From: Thainema sp. | GTDB lineage: Bacteria > Cyanobacteriota > Cyanobacteriia > Phormidesmidales > Phormidesmidaceae | Direction of reading: 5' to 3' | DNA: 64,000 bases | Assembly: GCA_052168235.1 (NCBI GenBank) | Contig: JBQLZK010000024.1 | Coordinates: 27,090 to 91,089 of the forward strand | Shown: positions 58,688-64,000 of the stretch, one piece after another | Numbering within the stretch: position 1 is the first letter of the stretch | How the letters are laid out: each line of letters starts with the position of its first letter | Notes under the pieces: model-generated | Told to the model about the DNA's origin: nothing | Databases searched by the model: none | What the model saw: only the letters and a program-made list of their open reading frames with translations | Position numbers and translations under genes: made by a program

Positions 58688-59983
58688 CTACTGTTTGCGA
58701 CCAAAGCGGAACAGCCCCCGTTTCACCGATTTGACCGCATCTTCAGCCGCTTGTGTTTTCTCCGTGACAGCATTATTAGAGGTTAATGCCTGCGTAATCG
58801 CTTCAATTACAGCCGATTCTTCTTCGGTGACAATGCCGTCAGCTTCAGCAATTTTTTGACACTGGGCCAACAGCGGAATCGCAAAGTCTTGACTTACCTG
58901 GGCGAGAAGCTGCTCCAGCGGTGTCGGAGTCGCATGTTGTCGCTCAATTACCTGAATCGAGGCTGGACTAAAGCTGAGCCGTTCTAATTCCGGTGCGATG
59001 TTCTCCCAAGATTGCTCCGGTTGCCCTGCAATCACCACATGGGCCAGGATTTGATCCATGATGATCTGCTGTGCGATCGCATCTTGTAAAAACTGATCGC
59101 TTTCCGCCTGTGCCTTGGCAACAGCAGCGTCTGAGGTTAACGGACTCACCTTGGCTTCGTAAAAGTGGCAAGCCGCATAGCCCACAGTATAGAGTGCGAC
59201 AGCATTTGTACTGGCACCAATTACCGCACCTGCGATCGGAATATTGCGGAGCAAACCTAAACCTGCTTTCAGGGCATAGCTACTGCCCAGCGACAGTCCA
59301 AAAATGGCGAGCAGTTCGCCTTTGCGGGCTGGATCATGCAAGTCCAAACCATAGGCTGCCGCAATTTGATAGCCCATTTCAGCTTGGATCGCAGTCGTTG
59401 CCGCTAAATCAACCGCAAACATTGCTGTCGCAAATCCGGGCACAAAGCTACTGGCCATGCCGGAACCGCCCACATACAGCACTTTCTCCATCATGATCCG
59501 ATGGGCGATTTCGCGGGGAGATTCCTTGGGATACTTGGTCTGTAGCCGCTTAACCGCTGTTTCAGCCTTGACGACATCAACCCGATCCAAAATTGGTAAC
59601 AACCAGTCAAGATTGACCGCTTTTGTGAGCGACTGGAGCTGAACACTGTTTTGAATCAGTTCTGCAACGTAGCCCAGACCATTGGTAATGTGCTGCGTTG
59701 AATCGTTAAACCAATTCGCGGTATCCGTCTCCTGAGATGCCAACTGAGGTGCATTGTCATCCTGATCTGAGTCTTTAGGCGCTGAACCCCAAATTGCCTG
59801 AGACAGCGCTTGTCCGCTCTGTGTGGCAGCATCACTGATTGATTCGACTGCTGATGTGATATTTGTTGCGATCTCATCACTACTTTGAGCGGCTGCATTG
59901 CCTACAGCGTTTAGCATTTCATCAAACCATGAATGCTCCTGAGACTGCGGCTGATCGTCAGGGGTCGGCTGTTCAGTTGTCAT
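58688..59983 (-). CDS. EcsC-like protein with TerB-like C-terminal motif
   Basis: PG..A..VDL..QAEM.YQIAAAYGLD; C-terminal IAEADGIVTEEE..I..I. Confidence 0.7.
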   Translation of the reverse strand: MTTEQPTPDDQPQSQEHSWFDEMLNAVGNAAAQSSDEIATNITSAVESISDAATQSGQALSQAIWGSAPKDSDQDDNAPQLASQETDTANWFNDSTQHITNGLGYVAELIQNSVQLQSLTKAVNLDWLLPILDRVDVVKAETAVKRLQTKYPKESPREIAHRIMMEKVLYVGGSGMASSFVPGFATAMFAVDLAATTAIQAEMGYQIAAAYGLDLHDPARKGELLAIFGLSLGSSYALKAGLGLLRNIPIAGAVIGASTNAVALYTVGYAACHFYEAKVSPLTSDAAVAKAQAESDQFLQDAIAQQIIMDQILAHVVIAGQPEQSWENIAPELERLSFSPASIQVIERQHATPTPLEQLLAQVSQDFAIPLLAQCQKIAEADGIVTEEESAVIEAITQALTSNNAVTEKTQAAEDAVKSVKRGLFRFGRKQ

Positions 59984-60070
59984 GATCAGAAAGAGGGCAA
60001 GGAGTAGTTTATTGTTCTAGCATTCCCACCCAAATCTGGATGTTTCCCAATGCTCAGATGCTTGAGATCC

Positions 60071-61480
60071 TTACAAAAGATGGCATTTTTTAAAGCGATC
60101 GCACATCCACTGCATATGCTGCCACCAGTGATAGCCACCTGCCCAGTTGCGCGAGGGTAAATGCCCCGCAGGAGCTTTGCGATCAAACTGAAGATAGGGT
60201 GTGCGCGTCGAAGCAACAGGCCAGCCCACTTGCTCACAGAAGCGGTGATAATCTTCACCTAGCGTGATGTAAAGCCGCACTTGCGGACTAAAGCCAAACT
60301 GCTGCCGACTGTAGCGTGTCCATAACCAGTCCAGCTTTTCCAACACACCACAGGGAATGCGATTGACATCGTCAATCGTCAAACCTTGTGTGGGACGGCA
60401 ATTTGTGGCTTCACATAGCAAATTCAGCGTTTCCAGATCGGCTTGTTCCCAGTTATTGGCAGTGAGAGCCTTTTGCAGCGCCTTGTAATTCAGCTTTGGC
60501 GGTGGCACAACAGTGGGTAAAGCCGTGACAATTCCAGCTTGCGATGTCGGTAACTGAGCCACTGGCGTGACTGCCACCCGCGACACAGCAGACCGTCCGT
60601 AGCGTTTAACATCCAGCAGCACCTCCTGCACCGATTGGTAGCGTTGGCTGAGCGAGGGATGCGTCAGCTTTTCTAGAATATGAGTCAAGCCATTGCTAAC
60701 ACTGTGATGCGACGGTAAATACTTGTGCCACTGCCAGCGATCGCAGTTGACATCATAGAGTTCAAACGGCGACTGCTGGGTGAGCAGGTGTAGGCAGGTC
60801 GAACCCAGACTATATAGATCACTGGCGGGTAAGCTCTTGCCCCGCTGCTGTTCAGGAGCCATATATTCAGGACTACCGACCACGGTGCCCGTCAACGTCG
60901 GCTGATCAGCGGTGATCACTTTGGCAATACCAAAGTCGATCAGGATTAAACTGCGATCGCACTGTCGCCGCATAATATTGGCGGGTTTGATATCGCGATG
61001 CACCACCTGCTGCTGATGAATAAACTGCAGCACGGGCAGCAATGACTTCAACAGTTCCCAAATTTGCGCCTCGGAAAATGCGCCTTGTGCCTGCAATTCT
61101 TCCTTCAAATTTTGGCCGTCAATCCACTCCTGCACCAGATACAGCAGTCGATTTTGTTCACAGTAGGCCAATAGTTTCGGAATCTGGGCGTGAGCACCCA
61201 AGCGATCAAGCTGTTCCGCTTCTCGATAAAACAGCTCCATTGCCTTCTGGTTACTGCTCGCCTGAAAATTTTGGAGACACAACTGTTTAATTACGCAGTG
61301 AGGATGAGACGGCAAATCTTCATCCACGGCCAAAAACGTACGGCCAAATCCACCCTGGCCAATTACCCGCACCGGACGATACCGATCCTTCAGCCACAGT
61401 TTTGTGCCGCAGGTGCGACAATACTGGGCTTCATCCAGGTTTTCTGGCTGAAAGCATCCGGGTAATAAACAGTAGGTCAT
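60071..61480 (-). CDS. Ser/Thr protein kinase with N-terminal Cys4 motif and C-terminal GUN4 domain
   Basis: YCL.PGC..N..C..CG; GQGGFG, HRDIKPAN, DFG, YMAPE; W..AD.ET..LD.LW..S..FGFS.Q..P.GHLP. Confidence 0.92.
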   Translation of the reverse strand: MTYCLLPGCFQPENLDEAQYCRTCGTKLWLKDRYRPVRVIGQGGFGRTFLAVDEDLPSHPHCVIKQLCLQNFQASSNQKAMELFYREAEQLDRLGAHAQIPKLLAYCEQNRLLYLVQEWIDGQNLKEELQAQGAFSEAQIWELLKSLLPVLQFIHQQQVVHRDIKPANIMRRQCDRSLILIDFGIAKVITADQPTLTGTVVGSPEYMAPEQQRGKSLPASDLYSLGSTCLHLLTQQSPFELYDVNCDRWQWHKYLPSHHSVSNGLTHILEKLTHPSLSQRYQSVQEVLLDVKRYGRSAVSRVAVTPVAQLPTSQAGIVTALPTVVPPPKLNYKALQKALTANNWEQADLETLNLLCEATNCRPTQGLTIDDVNRIPCGVLEKLDWLWTRYSRQQFGFSPQVRLYITLGEDYHRFCEQVGWPVASTRTPYLQFDRKAPAGHLPSRNWAGGYHWWQHMQWMCDRFKKCHLL

Positions 61481-61608
61481 GGCAAGCGAGGGACGTAAGG
61501 TGAGAGGAGTAACGTTTAGAAATTCCTCAATCATTCAGGCTGTGTCTTTAAAGTATCCTGCTAACCAGCAATCAGCCGCTAGGCTTGCAACAGATAGCAA
61601 CTTTACAG

Positions 61609-62184
61609 ATGAAACCTGAGCAATCTGAGTCACAGCTCATCCTACTCATCGGCCTACCGGGCAGCGGCAAGTCCACTTGGGCGCAGGCTCTCCAGCAATT
61701 TTCGCAGCAGCAGCCCGATGCGCCAGCGATCCTGATTTCAACCGATCGGATTCGGGCCACCTGTTTTGGCAATGAGGCGGTTCAAGGAGCGTGGCCTGTC
61801 GTATGGAGAGCAGTCGAGCAGCAGTTTCAGCAAGCCGTGCAGCTCATACAATCAGGCCAGTCTCGCTATGCCATCTACGACGCGACCAATGCCGCTCGGA
61901 AGCAGCGCCGCTTAGCCATTCAACTGGCGCATCAGGTTGGTTTTCAACTCGTAACTGGCATCTGGATTGATACACCATTAGCCCTCTGCCTTGCCCGCAA
62001 TCAACAGCGCGATCGCACTGTGCCCGAAGCCGTCATTCTTAAAATGCAGCGTCAGCTCTGGGGCGCGCCACCAAACCTAGATGAAGGGTTGTCCAGGCTC
62101 GTACAAATTGGAAGTCAGCAGGTTCCCACTGTGGAAGATGTGCGGTTTATCTGCGATCGCATGTTTACTCACCATAATGAGTGA
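61609..62184 (+). CDS. AAA_33 / polynucleotide-kinase-like P-loop protein
   Basis: GLPGSGKST, ISTDRIR, DATN..R, RN..R.R.VP..PP..EG. Confidence 0.88.
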   Translation: MKPEQSESQLILLIGLPGSGKSTWAQALQQFSQQQPDAPAILISTDRIRATCFGNEAVQGAWPVVWRAVEQQFQQAVQLIQSGQSRYAIYDATNAARKQRRLAIQLAHQVGFQLVTGIWIDTPLALCLARNQQRDRTVPEAVILKMQRQLWGAPPNLDEGLSRLVQIGSQQVPTVEDVRFICDRMFTHHNE

Positions 62185-62232
62185 CGCAATACGCTACGTT
62201 GGCCGAAAACACGTTACCGTTGCCCTGTTGTC

Positions 62233-63822
62233 ATGCGGGACAGATTCATGCGTCTGACGTTTATGCGAGGGTTTAACCCAGTTCAACCACGGTGGAAAGT
62301 TGCGATCGCACTTTTGCTGGTGTTCGGCATTGCAGTACGGTGCATCAATCTGGAGCAGAAGGTCTACTGGCACGACGAGGTCTTCACCTCCATTCGAGTG
62401 TTGGGCTACAGCCAAGCCGATATTGAAGCCGTGGCATTAATGGGAGAGCCCGTCCGGGTGGATGACCTGCTTCAACTCCAGCGACTATCCCCCGACAAAA
62501 CGCTGGCTGATACGATGACCGCACTCGTCGGCCATCCCGAACATCCGCCACTGTACTATCTCCTGCTGCGGGGTTGGGTGGCCGTGGCAGGTGACTCTAT
62601 CACCGCAATTCGTAGTTTATCGGTGCTGTTTAGCCTGCTGGCCTTTCCCCTGATGTACTGGCTGTGCTGGACACTGTTCCAATCCGCTCAAGTTGGCTGG
62701 ATTGCGATCGCACTGCTCACCGTCTCGCCAGTTCATCTCCTATATGCTCAAGAAGCACGGGAATATAGCCTGTGGGTCGCCACCATTTTGCTAGCCAGCA
62801 TCACGCTGATGCAAGCTGTCAAGCAACCCAATTGGCGCAGTTGGAGCATATACGCTCTTGCCCTCGCGACCGGATTGTATACCACATTACTCACGGGAGC
62901 CGTTGCGATCGCGCATGGCCTCTTCATCCTAATCACGCAGCGCTGGTCGGGATGGGCTCAATGGCGCAATTTCCTATTGGCTGGAATTAGCTCAATAGGG
63001 CTGTTTAGCCCCTGGCTCCTCGTCATGCAAACCCAGTCCAACAACCTGGAACGGGTCACCCAATGGACGCAAGTTCCAGCCCCGCTATCATTCCTCAGCA
63101 AAATTTGGGGATTACACTTCAGCTCAGTCTGGTTTGATGTAGGCTTGCCGTTTGATCATCCGCTCAATCACGTCGTTATCGCACTGGCGCTGGCGCTATT
63201 GATTGGCAGTTTGTACATCACCTGGCGTCGCGCTGATCGATCGGCGGCTTGGTTCTTAATTACGCTGGCCGTCATTCCCGCTCTGTGCCTCATCCTGCCA
63301 GATGTACTGCGCGGGGGACGCGTGTCTAGCATGACGCGCTACTTTTTCCCAAGCCTATTAGCTATGCAGATCGCACTCGCGTTTGGCGCGAGTTGGTTGC
63401 TAAGCACCAAAGCTCAAGCACGACAGCGGTTGGGGCAAATCGTTTTAGTCGGATTGATTACGGTAGGTGTAGTTTCAAATATTGCGATCGCACGTTCTCC
63501 CACCTGGTGGAGCAAAGTTGTGAGCTACCCGAATGCTGGCATTGCAGGTGTTATTAATCAGTCAAACCAACCGTTGGTACTCATTCCCAGAGGAGATACT
63601 GCGGTTGGCAACACCATTTCACTCAGCCACCGATTAGATTCTGATGCTTCAGTTCTTCTATTAGATGCCGCTATTTTGCCCGCCTTACCGACCGATACGG
63701 ATATTTTCCTAACCCATCAGAACGATGGTCAAATATTTGCAACGCTTGAGCAAAATGGAGTGCCGTTTGAAATCGTAGAAGCACCCAATGTTTATGAACT
63801 ATGGCGCGTGCTTCCAAAATAA
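62233..63822 (+). CDS. GT-C glycosyltransferase (family 39/PMT-like)
   Basis: KVYWHDE, HPPLYY, YAQEAREYSL, RYFFP; many TM helices. Confidence 0.9.
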   Translation: MRDRFMRLTFMRGFNPVQPRWKVAIALLLVFGIAVRCINLEQKVYWHDEVFTSIRVLGYSQADIEAVALMGEPVRVDDLLQLQRLSPDKTLADTMTALVGHPEHPPLYYLLLRGWVAVAGDSITAIRSLSVLFSLLAFPLMYWLCWTLFQSAQVGWIAIALLTVSPVHLLYAQEAREYSLWVATILLASITLMQAVKQPNWRSWSIYALALATGLYTTLLTGAVAIAHGLFILITQRWSGWAQWRNFLLAGISSIGLFSPWLLVMQTQSNNLERVTQWTQVPAPLSFLSKIWGLHFSSVWFDVGLPFDHPLNHVVIALALALLIGSLYITWRRADRSAAWFLITLAVIPALCLILPDVLRGGRVSSMTRYFFPSLLAMQIALAFGASWLLSTKAQARQRLGQIVLVGLITVGVVSNIAIARSPTWWSKVVSYPNAGIAGVINQSNQPLVLIPRGDTAVGNTISLSHRLDSDASVLLLDAAILPALPTDTDIFLTHQNDGQIFATLEQNGVPFEIVEAPNVYELWRVLPK

Positions 63823-63832
63823 CCTGAGCAAT

Positions 63833-63867
63833 AAAAAAGCGTCCCTCGCAATGCGAGGGGCGCTTTT
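63833..63867. terminator. Bidirectional terminator
   Basis: AAAAAAGCGTCCCTCGC-AAT-GCGAGGGGCGCTTTT. Confidence 0.85.
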
Positions 63868-63902
63868 CGCTATTCATTCAAGCACGAATGCACTGGGTGA
63901 AA

Positions 63903-64000
63903 TTAGCCGTTGATGGCAGGTGCTTGAAGAGCCACAGGCTGTGCATCAACAGACGCCAGGTCGAGCGGGAAGTTGTGAGCATTGCGCTCGTGCATCACTT
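63903..64000 (-). CDS. psbA: 3' end of a second psbA (D1) copy, truncated by the window edge
   Basis: Minus strand reads [31 protein letters not shown]. Confidence 0.97.
   Translation of the reverse strand, partial: VMHERNAHNFPLDLASVDAQPVALQAPAING

Larger units (their letters stand above)
1..64000. repeat. HIP1 octamer GCGATCGC highly over-represented
   Basis: Dozens of occurrences in coding and intergenic DNA, e.g. a cluster at 29053-29215. Confidence 0.95.

Overview
Chromosomal segment of a cyanobacterium, probably a filamentous Leptolyngbya/Nodosilinea-like strain. This rests on the dense HIP1 octamer GCGATCGC, psbA, psb29, nblB and heptamer STRR repeats. About 45 mostly housekeeping, envelope and signalling genes are present, plus one complete psbA (Q130, D1:1-type) and the 3' end of a second psbA at the right edge. 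There is an orphan 7-repeat CRISPR array with a full leader, a deleted and frameshifted SDR pseudogene at the left edge, and several small palindromic or MITE-like elements. Main leads: (1) an unannotated ~430-nt, highly foldable minus-strand RNA candidate at ~18315-18742, with a -10 box, GNRA and cUUCGg tetraloops, a multi-branch domain, repeated AAAAGGA motifs and a 17-bp terminal hairpin; (2) a stand-alone AetD-like heme-oxygenase-like diiron enzyme next to a giant Ser/Thr kinase-ATPase-GAF-His kinase; (3) a 1430-aa membrane-anchored coiled-coil protein tipped with a BRCT domain; (4) a histidine kinase bracketed by two inverted copies of a ~95-100-bp MITE-like element. All calls come from reading the sequence by eye; no searches or folding programs were run.
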